NCBI RefSeq assembly: GCF_963921235.1
Contig: NC_086097.1
Location: forward strand, 155,808,001-155,872,000
Length of the DNA: 64,000 nt
Source of the DNA: Mobula hypostoma
Lineage: Eukaryota
Direction: 5' to 3'
The notes below the pieces were generated by a model, which saw nothing but the letters and a program-made list of their open reading frames with translations, was not told the origin of the DNA and did no database searches. Position numbers and translations under genes: made by a program. This document shows, piece after piece, positions 12,516-23,399 of this stretch (position 1 is the stretch's first letter; every line of letters starts with the position of its first letter).

Positions 12516-13215
12516 ACTTCACTCACTTGTTGTGCCAAAGGGCCTTTGATTGGGTCAATGTAACCACAAATTAACATCTGAAGTTGAAGTTCCAACAATG
12601 CAGCATTCCCTCAGTAATATGCTGAAGCCTAGACCTAGATTATAAGCATAAAGCCTATGCAATGTCTTGAATACCAAAACAAGAATGTAACTAATGAGTT
12701 AATTTGTATTTTCAAAATATGGGATGGAGATTAGATTACAGATTTTTTGAATGAAACCATAGAATAGAGTTTCCAATAAGAGGCCGTCAGCTCGAAGCAG
12801 GAGTGGAGTGTAGGTGAAGCAGAAACGCTGAACATTCTGGCCAGTGTTCACTGGGGATCCTGCACCTCTGCTGCTGAACTCATCCTGAACTCCAGCAACG
12901 GAATGTAAACTTGCATCAACTCCCCAGTGTTTCTCACTTCCGAAATTTCTCTGCTGAGCATGCTCCCTCTTACAATTGGTGCATGAGATGTGACAACAGT
13001 AGTTTCGATGGAAGTGATTGGCTGTGAGGGACCAGGTACTTTTAGCTAATTTAAATTTTGAATTGTGTATTTAATTGTTTTTATATTTCCATGATTTAAT
13101 ATTTCAATTGAACTTTGTAAAAAAAAAAGAATGATTTGATCATTTTTGTAGCCTGATTAATGCTTAAAATTTTCTGCATGCCTTTAAATATGTCTGAAGA
13201 ACCAGTGCTCTATTT

Positions 13216-13335
13216 AGGGTTCTGATGAAGGGCCTCAGATCAAATTTTTACTCTTTCTATGGTCTGCTGAACTCCTCCAGCATTCTCTGTGTGTTGCTTG
13301 GATTTTCAGCTTCTGCAGATTTTCTTGGGTTTGTG
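13216..13335 (+). mobile_element. Short Penelope-terminus insertion with partial hammerhead
   Basis: CTGATGAAGGGCCTC...GTGTGTTGCTTGGATTTTCAGCTTCTGCAGATTTTCTTG, flanked by CCAGTGCTCT(A/G)TTT direct repeats. Confidence 0.7.
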
Positions 13336-15329
13336 CCAGTGCTCTGTTTGGCAGTTTTAGCAGATGGCTAAAACTTGGTCCAGGATAAGTCACTTGAGAA
13401 AGTTTGTTTTCTACCTTTATTGGCTGGGGCATATTTGATGAGAGTTATGGTCAGATAGTCTGTATGGAACCAGCTCCTGGCAAATTTGCTCAAAGTAAAT
13501 GTGAAATAAGTAAGTGTTGGAGGTGGTGTTCCAAGAACAGGAAATTCTGGATCTATAAACACTTCCAAGTAATTAGAAATGGTAGAGAAACACATTAATG
13601 CTGTTTGGGGAGTTTTCCTTTAGATTATTATTTTTTTTTTTTAGCTCTGTTGAACACATGGATTGTCATTTAACCACCTTATCCAATTTTCAGTGAAGAG
13701 AATTTGATTGCAGTTTAATCCAATCTCAATGGATCTGTGGCTGTATTTAATGCATAGCTTACCCTCTCCCCTTTGATATGAAACATATTGAAGATTTCCT
13801 TAAAAAATTACCATTAACTTTTGAGCTTAAAGGTTTAACTGAACCATTACATGGAGAAATTGGAACTTTCAAGATAAACGTTCAGGGATCTTCCAGTCCA
13901 GGACTGAGAGGATTATGCAGTTTTGGCATTATACTCCTCTACAGGGAAATTACTTTTCATTTAATTTTAAGAGAGCAATTAAATCCATAGTGCTTAGTTA
14001 TCACAGTCACTTCGTTCTGCAGATTAAAAATCAGTTAATTTCTGAGCCTGAGATAAAACTGCTCCTGAATTAAATTTATATCCAAAATCTCTGTGCATTT
14101 AAAAAGAAGAGTTTCTTAATGAGCAATTTAATTTGGACAGTAGATACTGAAATATTAATAAGTAAAATGCAAAACACTGTGGACCAGATCTTGTTGGTAA
14201 AGTAATGGGGTGTTAAGAAGGCACAGCCTTATTAAAGTGCAAATCATCCAGAAAATTCAGGGGGTTAAAAAATACTTAGTGAGCTTTTAATATCCAGAAA
14301 TTACTGGTCAAATTACATCCATCTGACATTTGCTTTGCACAAGTGGGACATCACCCTTAGCATTTTAGTTAATTTTAAAATCTTGTTAGATTTCCACATT
14401 AAATAACAATTAAACACAGCAAAAATATGTTAATGAAAAGTTTTGCAACCTTTCTAATATGCCTAATAATTGTTAATGCAATGCCATTCAACCTATCAGC
14501 CAAGAATAAAACTAATTCATGTGTTCAATCTCATTTGTGAGTGGACAAAAATACACATGAAGGCTTTATATTTTAAGAGTTCTAATATATTAATTTTTTT
14601 CTTGTTTTTTTTCCTCTTCTCACAAACCTTCATCTGTTTTTCTTTCTCTGTTTATCTTGTTTCTTTCTAAATGTGTTCAGTTAAGAAGGTCCTGTAATTC
14701 CTTAAGTTTCAGATACTTTTGTTACCCACTCTGGGTTAAAGTAGTTTTTGGCAGAAATATACAGAATTCCAATGACCCACAAAAATACCTCTTAACATCC
14801 GATGTGGGGCAATGGGAAAACCTGCATTGTTAAATCAACTTGCTCTTTAATTGCATATTGCATTTTTAAATCTACTGCAAGACATAAATAGAACTTTCAT
14901 TTCTGAAGTCTGCATTAACTATTTAAAGTGATACATGATGTCACTGAGTTGTTTTACACGAGGTTACATTACATGAAGTTTTACACAAATAAGCTAGGTA
15001 TGTTTCTATGACAATAAGTATAGCTCATCTCTATCCTCATTGTAATTCCAGTTCTAATTGTATTGGACTTTCATTGATTAACTCTGATATGTATTTATAT
15101 ATTATACAATATATTGAGGATTAGGGAAAGGGGTTGTTTCACAGAGCAACAGAAAGATACATATTGCCAATGCCATTATAGCAGTTACCACAATTGACCA
15201 TCTGATGCTGATGAGAACGTAGAGAAACTGTAAACAACAGGAATTCTGCAGATGCTGGAAATTCAAGCAACATACATCAAAGTTGCTGGTGAATGCAGCA
15301 GGCCAGGCAGCATCTATAGGAAGAGGCGC

Positions 15330-15365
15330 AGTCGACGTTTCAGGCCGAGACCCTTCGTCAGGACT
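15330..15365 (-). ncRNA. Minimal type I hammerhead ribozyme motif (left arm)
   Basis: Exact reverse complement of 17355-17390. Confidence 0.75.
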
Positions 15366-15773
15366 AACTGAAGGAAGAGTGAGTAAGGGATTTGAAAGCT
15401 GGAGGGGGAGGGGGAGATGCAAAATGATAGGAGAAGACAGGAGGGGGAGGGATAGAGCCGAGAGCTGGACAGGTGATAGGCAAAAGGGGATACGAGAGGA
15501 TCATGGGACAGGAGGTCCGGGAAGAAAGACGGGGGGGGGGGTTACCCAGAGGATGGGCAAGAGGTATATTCAGAGGGACAGAGGGAGAAAAAGGAGAGTG
15601 AGAGAAAGAATGTGTGCATAAAAAAGAGTAACAGATGGGGTACGAGGGGGAGGTGGGGCCTAGCGGAAGTTAGAGAAGTCAATGTTCATGCCATCAGGTT
15701 GGAGGCTACCCATACGGAATATAAGGTGTTGTTCCTCCAACCTGAGTGTGGCTTCATCTTTACAGTAGAGGAA

Positions 15774-17063
15774 TCCAGACCTAATCAGTTCCCCTCTACC
15801 ACCACTCTGCTCCTTCTAGCAGAATTAGTCCTTACTCTTAATAATTTCTCCTTTTGCTCCTCCCATTTCCTCCAAACTAAAGGTGTAGCTATGGGCACCC
15901 GTATGGGTCCTAGCTATGCCTGCCTTTTTGTTGGGTTTGTGGAACAATCTATGTTCCGTGCCTATTCTGGTATCTGTCCCCCACTTTTCCTTCGCTACAT
16001 CGACGACTGCATTGGCGCTGCTTCCTGCACGCATGCAGAACTCGTTGACTTTATTAACTTTGCCTCCAACTTTCACCCTGCCCTCAAGTTTACCTGGTCC
16101 ATTTCCGACACCTCCCTCCCCTTTCTAGATCTTTCTGTCTCTGTCTCTGGAGACAGTTTATCCACTGATGTCTACTATAAGCCTACTGACTCTCACAGCT
16201 ATCTGGACTATTCCTCTTCTCACCCTGTCTCTTGCAAAAACGCCATCCCCTTCTCGCAATTCCTCCGTCTCCGCCGCATCTGCTCTCAGGATGAGGCTTT
16301 TCATTCTAGGACGAGGGAGATGGCTTCATTTTTTAAAGAAAGGGGCTTCCCTTCCTCCACTATCAACTCTGCTCTTAAACGCATCTCCCCCATTTCACGT
16401 ACATCTGCTCTCACTCCATCCTCCCACCACCCCACTAGGAATAGGGTTCCCCTGGTCCTCACCTACCACCCCACCAGCCTCCGGGTCCAACATATTATGC
16501 TCCGTAACTTCCGCCACCTCCAACGGGATCCCACCACTAAGCATATCTTTCCCTCCCCCCCTCTCTCTGCATTCCGCAGGGATCGCTCCCTACACAACTC
16601 CCTTGTCCATTCGTCCCCCCCATCCCTCCCCACTGATCTCCCTCCTGGCACTTATCCGTGTAAGCGGAACAAGTGCTACACATGCCCTTACACTTCCTCC
16701 CTTACCACCATTCAGGGCCCCAAACAGTCCTTCCAGGTGAGGCATCACTTCACCTGTGAGTCGACTGGGGTGATATACTGCGTCCGGTGCTCCCGATGTG
16801 GCCTTTTATATATTGGTGAGACCCGACGCAGACTGGGAGACCGCTTTGCTGAACATCTACGTTCTGTCCGCCAGAGAAAGCAGGATCTCCCAGTGGCCAC
16901 ACATTTTAATTCCACATCCCATTCCCATTCTGACATGTCTATCCACGGCCTCCTCTACTGTAAAGATGAAGCCACACTCAGGTTGGAGGAACAACACCTT
17001 ATATTCCGTATGGGTAGCCTCCAACCTGATGGCATGAACATCGACTTCTCTAACTTCCGCTAG
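15774..17063 (+). CDS. PLE reverse transcriptase C-terminal half, Cys-rich linker and GIY-YIG endonuclease (5'-truncated, uninterrupted)
   Basis: Motifs QTKGVAMGTRMGPSYA, FLRYIDD, LPFLD, VYYKPT, CKRNKCYTC and VIYCVRCSRCGLLYIGETRRRLGDRFAEH. Confidence 0.92.
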   Translation, partial: SRPNQFPSTTTLLLLAELVLTLNNFSFCSSHFLQTKGVAMGTRMGPSYACLFVGFVEQSMFRAYSGICPPLFLRYIDDCIGAASCTHAELVDFINFASNFHPALKFTWSISDTSLPFLDLSVSVSGDSLSTDVYYKPTDSHSYLDYSSSHPVSCKNAIPFSQFLRLRRICSQDEAFHSRTREMASFFKERGFPSSTINSALKRISPISRTSALTPSSHHPTRNRVPLVLTYHPTSLRVQHIMLRNFRHLQRDPTTKHIFPSPPLSAFRRDRSLHNSLVHSSPPSLPTDLPPGTYPCKRNKCYTCPYTSSLTTIQGPKQSFQVRHHFTCESTGVIYCVRCSRCGLLYIGETRRRLGDRFAEHLRSVRQRKQDLPVATHFNSTSHSHSDMSIHGLLYCKDEATLRLEEQHLIFRMGSLQPDGMNIDFSNFR

Positions 17064-17354
17064 GCCCCACCTCCCCCTCGTACCCCATCTGTTACTCTTT
17101 TTTATGCACACATTCTTTCTCACTCTCCTTTTTCTCCCTCTGTCCCTCTGAATATACCTCTTGCCCATCCTCTGGGTAACCCCCCCCCCGTCTTTCTTCC
17201 CGGACCTCCTGTCCCATGATCCTCTCGTATCCCCTTTTGCCTATCACCTGTCCAGCTCTCGGCTCTATCCCTCCCCCTCCTGTCTTCTCCTATCATTTTG
17301 CATCTCCCCCTCCCCCTCCAGCTTTCAAATCCCTTACTCACTCTTCCTTCAGTT

Positions 17355-17390
17355 AGTCCTGACGAAGGGTCTCGGCCTGAAACGTCGACT
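17355..17390 (+). ncRNA. Minimal type I hammerhead ribozyme motif (right arm)
   Basis: AGUC-CUGACGA-AGGGUCUCGGCCU-GAAA-CGUC-GACU. Helix I is AGUC/GACU, the core is CUGANGA plus GAAA, helix II is a hairpin, and a palindromic ACGU replaces helix III. Predicted cleavage after C17386. Confidence 0.78.
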
Positions 17391-17599
17391 GCGCCTCTTC
17401 CTATAGATGCTGCCTGGCCTGCTGCATTCACCAGCAACTTTGATGTATGTTGTAGAGAAACTGTGTTTATTCTGCATTTGCCAAATAATGCCAAATGCCA
17501 AATTAAACCTACTAATTCAAAACCTTGTAAGATAGAAGAAACGAGAAAAATATGTTCACATTGGTGAAGATTGGTAACCGGAAGAAACAGATTTAAGTG

Positions 17600-17790
17600 T
17601 GTTGTGCAGTGTGGTAAATATTTGAGCTGCTATCTCACGACTCCAGTGGCCCAAATTCACTGTCTGTATGGAAATTGCACATCTCCCTGTGACCACCCGA
17701 GATTCCATTGGGTGCTCTTGATTCCTCCTACATCTGAAGGACTTGTGGATTAGTAGGTTATTTGGCCAGTGTAAACTGCCTCTCATGTAA
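17600..17790 (+). mobile_element. HE1/V-SINE-like SINE
   Basis: TGTCTGTATGGAAATTGCACATCTCCCTGTGACC...GGTGCTC...TTCCTCCTACA is a V-domain. Confidence 0.6.
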
Positions 17791-18337
17791 AAGTGAGTGA
17801 TAAAGTCTTGAAGTAGTTGAAGGAAATGTGGAGAGAATAAAATGGGAGAAATTCTTGATGTTCAGCACAGACTTGCCTTTCTTAATGGTGGAGATTGTGG
17901 TTTGGGAGGTGTTTTGAAATATTCCAGGCTGAGGGAATAAATGTTTAGAATGATGGATAGGATGTGTCCTATTGGGCTTTAGAATGATTTGCTTTGTCCT
18001 GTTTATTTTGTTGAGCTTCTTGAGTATAAATGAATCTTCATGCATTTAGGCGGGAAGAGAGCATTCTACCATGCACCTGATTTGTTCTTTGTAGATGGTG
18101 GAAAGGCTTTGGAGTATCAATAGATGAGCTGTTCTCCATAAGTGATGTGTAATATTTACTAAATTTTGATCCTTCTGCCCTTGATATGCAAGGTAATTTT
18201 GATTCAGATTTGAAGCAGCTATTACATATGCATCTGGCAGCTCCAGTGTATCCCTCTCCGTAACTGCAGTGGGTGCATTGAAACGTATAGTCACTTGGAC
18301 AGCTTTGTCTCCACCCAACCCAATACTCTTATCCTCT

Positions 18338-18547
18338 CAACACACATCAAAGTTGCTGGTGAGCGCAGCAGGTCAGGCAGCATCTCTAGGAAGAGGTACA
18401 ATCGACGTTTCGGGCCGAGATCCTTCGTCAGGACTAACTGAAAGAAGAGCTAGTAAGAGATTTTTTCTTACTGGCCTGCTGCATTGACCGGCAACTGTGA
18501 TGTGTGTTGCTTGAATTTCCAGCATCTGCAGATTTCCTCGTGTTTGC
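18338..18547. mobile_element. Miniature inverted Penelope-terminus insertion
   Basis: 13-bp TSD ACTCTTATCCTCT at 18325-18337 and 18548-18560. The antisense arm carries a hammerhead and the sense arm ends in the full tail. Confidence 0.85.
18400..18435 (-). ncRNA. Minimal hammerhead ribozyme motif
   Basis: Minus strand AGUC-CUGACGA-AGGAUCUCGGCCC-GAAA-CGUC-GAUU. The core is intact but helix II is weakened. Confidence 0.6.
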
Positions 18548-18589
18548 ACTCTTATCCTCTCTGCAACTTAAAGCACATTTTTATTGTTT

Positions 18590-18872
18590 TTCCAGTCCTA
18601 ATGAAGGTTTATTGACTAGAAACCTTAACTGTTCCTCCTTCTGCATGGGTTTCCTGAGCTGCTGTGTATTTCCAGTATATTCTGCTGTCATCTTTGAATT
18701 ACTTATGCAATATTGTCTGAATGGGAAAAAAGACATTTCATCATATTTTCCTGAGTAAATGCCTCAGAAAGCTGCTGATCAAAAAACAATAGTTTGCCTG
18801 GCCTGCTGCGTTCACCAGCAACTTTGATGTGTGTTGCTTGAATTTCCAGCATCTGCAGAATTCCTGTTGTTT
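18590..18872 (+). mobile_element. Two further Penelope-terminus fragments (old at ~18590-18700, young at ~18795-18872)
   Basis: CAGTCCTAATGAAGG...GAAACCTTAACTG is a degenerate hammerhead. TGCCTGGCCTGCTGCGTTCACC...GAATTCCTGTTGTTT is nearly identical to the terminus of the large PLE. Confidence 0.7.
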
Positions 18873-19449
18873 GAGTTGAGAATAGAGTTACAATTATAGC
18901 ATTCAGGGATTCACAGTGTTTTTATGTTTAGTTTTTATTGCCATTTCCTGTGCCATAAAGTGGAAAAATGTATCTCCTTTCCATTATCAGAACTAGCATC
19001 AATAAAAATCAATAAGCTGAATACAGACAGATTTTATACTGGTCATATAGATCATGACAGTTTCAATATGTTCATGCCCGTAGCCCACCTCCTCCTCATC
19101 CAAACTCCCTGTAACGAGGGAGAGTTTAGCCTCTAAGCCCATTTTCACCATATTACAATGTAAAATTGCAAATGTGTATTCCCATCTTTGAACCACCTAC
19201 CACTGAGAAAACAGAGTAAAAGGTCAAAACCACCAAGAGGAAACAAGTTGGAGATAAATGAAGTACTGTAATGATGCAATACCGTTTTCTGCTTTAAAAG
19301 TTAGCAAGTGTAGAATTATGAAAGCATGAAGGGCGTTGATGGAAAAGCAATTTGGGTTTGGTCACTAACCTAAATGAATATCATATTCGCTGCCTGATGC
19401 ACTCCTCTCCCCAAAATTTACTTTCATATCTCATTGTTGACTTGCTCTC

Positions 19450-21570
19450 ATATAAGACCATGAACCATAAGACCCAAGACATAGCAGCAGAATTAGGCCA
19501 TTCAGCCCATCGAGTCTGCTCTGCTATTCCATCATAGCTGATCCCAATCCCACTCAACCCCATGCGCCTGCCGCCTTTCTGTATCCTTTGATTCCCTGAC
19601 CGATCAGGAAACGATCAACTTATGCCTTAAGTATACCCACGGACTTGGCCTCCACCACATTCTGTGGCAGAGGATTCCATAGATTCACTACTCTCTGGCT
19701 AAAAAAATTCCTCCTTGCCTCTGTTCTCAAAGATCACCCCTCAGTTTTGAGGCTGCGTTCTCTAGTTCTGGATACCCCTACCATTGGAAACGTCCGCATC
19801 TAAATTTCGGTGAGTGCAGGCCCAAAACTGCCAAATGCTCTTCATATGCTAACCCCTTCATTCCCGGAATCATCCTCATGAACCTCCTCTGGATTCTCTC
19901 CAATAGCAACACATCCTTTCTGAGATATAGGGCCCAAAATTGTTTACAATACTCCAAGTACAGCCTGACTAGAGTCTTATAAAGGCTCAGCATGATCTCC
20001 TTGTTTTTATATTCTGTTGTTCTTGAAATAAATGACAACATTGTATTTGCCTTCTTTACGATAGACTCCACCTGTAAATTAACCTTCTGGGAGTCTTGCA
20101 TGAGGACTCCTAAATTCCTCTGCACCTCTGATGTTTGAACCTTCTCCCCATTTAGATAATATTCTGCACTATTGTTCCTTCTACCAAAATGCATTATCAT
20201 ACATTTCCCAACACTATATTCCATCTGCCACATTTCTTCCAATTTGTTTGTCCTGCTGCAATTGCTTTGCTTCCTCAGCACTACCTACCTCTCCACTTGC
20301 ATGTATCATGCGCAAACTTTGCCACAAAGCAATCAACCCCTGAGGAACACCACTAGTCACCGGCAGCCAACCAGAAAGAGTCCTTTTTAATCCCACTCAC
20401 TGCCTCCTGCCTGTCAGCCATTCTGCTATCCATGCCAGTATCTTTCCTGTAATGCCGTAGGATCCTATCTTGTTAAGGCACCTTATCAAATGCCTTCTGA
20501 AAATCCAAATAAATGACATCCACTGCGTTTCCTTTGTCCACTCTGCTTGTTACTTCCTTGAGGAACTCCATCAGATTTGTCATGCAAGATTTCCTTTACA
20601 AAACCATGCTGAGTTTGACTTATTTTATCATTAGTCTCCAGGTACCCTAAAACTTCATCCTTAATAATAGACTCCAACACTTTCCCAACCACTACAATTA
20701 GGCTAATTGGCCTATAATTTCCTTTCTTTTGCTTCCTCCCTTCTTAAAGAATGGAGTGGCATTTGCAATTTTCCAGTCCTCTGGGACCATGCCAGAATCA
20801 ATTGATTATTGAAAGATCATGACCAATACATCGTTATCTCTTTAGCAACTCTCTCAGGACTCTGGGATGTAGTCCATCTGGTCCAGGTGACTTACCCACC
20901 TTAGGACCTTTCAGTTTGCCTCATACTTTTTCCTTTGTAATAGCAATGGCACCCACTACTGTTCCCTAATACTCACGGACCTCTGGCACAGGTCTAGTGT
21001 CTTTCACAGTGAAGACAGATGCAAAGAACCCATTAAGTTCATCTGCCATTTCTTTGTTCCCTATTACTACCTCACTAGCATTACTTTCCAGTGGTCCAAT
21101 ATCAACTCTCACCTCCTTTTTACACTTTATATATACACTTTGGTATCCTGCTTTATATTATTGGCTAGTCTGTCCTCATATTTTATCATTTGCCTTCTTA
21201 TAGTTTTTTCAGTTGCCTTTTGTTGGATTTTAAAAGCTTCCCAGTCATCCAACTTCCCATTCATTATTGCTACATTACATGCCCTTTCCTCGGCTTTTAT
21301 GCAGTCCTTAACTTCTCTTGTAGCCATGGTTGTCTACCCCTGCTGTTTGAGAACTTCTTCTGTTGGACACATCTGTCCTGCAACTTGTGAACTACTCCCA
21401 GAAATTTCAGCCATCTCTGCTCTGCCATAATCCTGCTAGTATCCTTTTCTAATCCACCTGGGCAAGCTCCTCTCTCATGCCTCTGTAACTCCTTTTATTC
21501 CATTGCAATACTGATACATGTGACTTATGCTTCTCCCTATCAAATTGCAGTATGACTTCAACCATATCTT
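19450..21570 (-). mobile_element. CR1 LINE, ~2.1-kb ORF2 remnant
   Basis: KTLVRLYLEYCKQFW, VTSGVPQG and VGKVLESIIKD motifs with frameshifts, and a CATAAGAC tail. Confidence 0.9.
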
Positions 21571-23399
21571 ACAGATGACTAGCTGATATGATAGCTTCAG
21601 TGTGATACTAGTGGTAAAAGATTATTTTCTTCTCCATGGAGTTGTATTGTTTTAAAATCTTGGGGGAAAATCAGTGTCTGGATTAATTTTGGCAGAGTCC
21701 AGGAAGGTGGAAATGTTTGCGGGATGCTTGGAGTTATAACTGCTTTGGTATCTTAATACTGTTGAAAGCTTATTGTTCTTCAGTCAATCAAACTAACCAT
21801 TTATTTTATTGAAAAACAGATCTGTATCAATGCTTCCCAGATTTTCAAATTTATAGAAAATAAATGTTCATTTGAGCTCAGGTGTGCTTTCAAGTGTCTG
21901 TTGGATAAAAACAGATATTGGAATCAATTCTGGATAGTAAGATCCAGTTGAACTAGTTCAATCTAGCTTCACTTGCCTGGGACAAAGTAATGTGCATCTG
22001 TTTCTCAAGTCTATACAGTGAGCTTCTTTCCCAACACTAACAACTTAATACAATGAAGCTTGATCCCTGGGCAGTTTTGAAACTCTGTTGAGCATGACAT
22101 TGGAATACTCCAAACAGCATTAAAGACAAATAGCGTCAGATCACTTCTGCCTGCATTTGGGGCAGAATTTATATTAACAATTTAACCTGGCTGTAAAGTG
22201 GAATAATCTTTGATGGGAATCTAAATTATTGTTTAAATTTTATCCCTCTCTCCTCCTACCACCCCTACCTTTTCAGCAGAATAGCCTGATACAACAGATA
22301 CATTACTAAAAATGAGTAGGTTAACCAATATTTATCTCTAATCAACATTACATGGATGATTTTAACATTATCATTTAGGTTATGTGAGTCTGCAATACAG
22401 ACATTGGCTTCCAAATTTCCAACGATAACATAGTCAAAGTCAAATTTATTGTCACAGGCACAAGTGCATGTATGTCCAGGTGTGATGTAAAGTTTATATG
22501 CAGCAACATCATATAAGTAGCATTCACAAGAAAATATAAATTATAGACATTTTAGAAGTAAAAAAACACAATTAGACTAAAAAGTTTCATTTTAGTGCAG
22601 CAAACGGATGAGAATATAATTGACTTTGAAGTACAGAGACATCTTGAAAGAGATAAAAATAGTATAAGTGCATTCTTTTTTGTCACTTATTTGATCAAGA
22701 TATAAGGTGCTATTGATTATCCTGCTATTGATTATCACTTTAAAATAATGTGTTAAGTATTTTCTATTCTGCATTTCATTGATTTCTCAGGGAAACACTT
22801 TCAACCTCTCTCTGATAATACCTAATGCCTGAATAAGGGTAATACACAACTTTCTTAACTATAGATGTATTAGTTAACAAAATTATAATTAGTCTAGCAT
22901 GTTACAGTGCATTACCCTATTGCCACCAATATGAGGTAGGGCTCAGTGGAAATCGTGAAATCAGCTGACTGTCACTTCACAGTTTGAAAATGTGGAAAGA
23001 GTAAAATGATTCCCACCAATAAATTTATTCTCCTAAAAATGATCTAAATGCAAGCTCTTTAATTAATAATTTTTGAATCAAAATTAATTTTCAGTCCTTC
23101 TGATCCCTACCTAATTTTCACACGGGTGTAACATTTGGATGTTACAGTATCTGCCTTTTTACCACCAATATCCACTGACTGAATATAACCCAGATTATTG
23201 ATGAGGAACTTTCTTTTGCCGACAAAGAAAATTGTAATCAAAATACATTACATTTTTAGAATCTCAATCACAGTAACCAGTCTTTCCCTATACACATACT
23301 TATCTAACAGCCTTTTCGATGCTGCTAATGTGACCTGCCTCAGCCACAGCATCAGGCATCTCATTCTATATAGGTGTCGCCCTCAGGGTGAAAGTGTCA

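Larger units (their letters stand above)
15232..17451 (+). mobile_element. Young Penelope-like retroelement (probably Neptune-type), 5'-truncated, with inverted pseudo-LTR
   Basis: 13-bp TSD GTAGAGAAACTGT at 15219-15231 and 17452-17464. 15268-15772 is the near-identical reverse complement of 16951-17452. The RT and GIY-YIG ORF lies between and overlaps the right arm. Confidence 0.95.

Noticed and set aside
15612..17063. 483-aa ORF as a complete functional or domesticated gene
   Set aside because: The first ~53 codons come from the antisense pseudo-LTR arm and are in frame by chance. The N-terminal RT motifs are missing.
15102..17567. Duplicated ORFs on opposite strands (MHLPLPLQ..., MLVNAAGQ...)
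   Set aside because: They are by-products of the inverted repeat and have no protein-family features.
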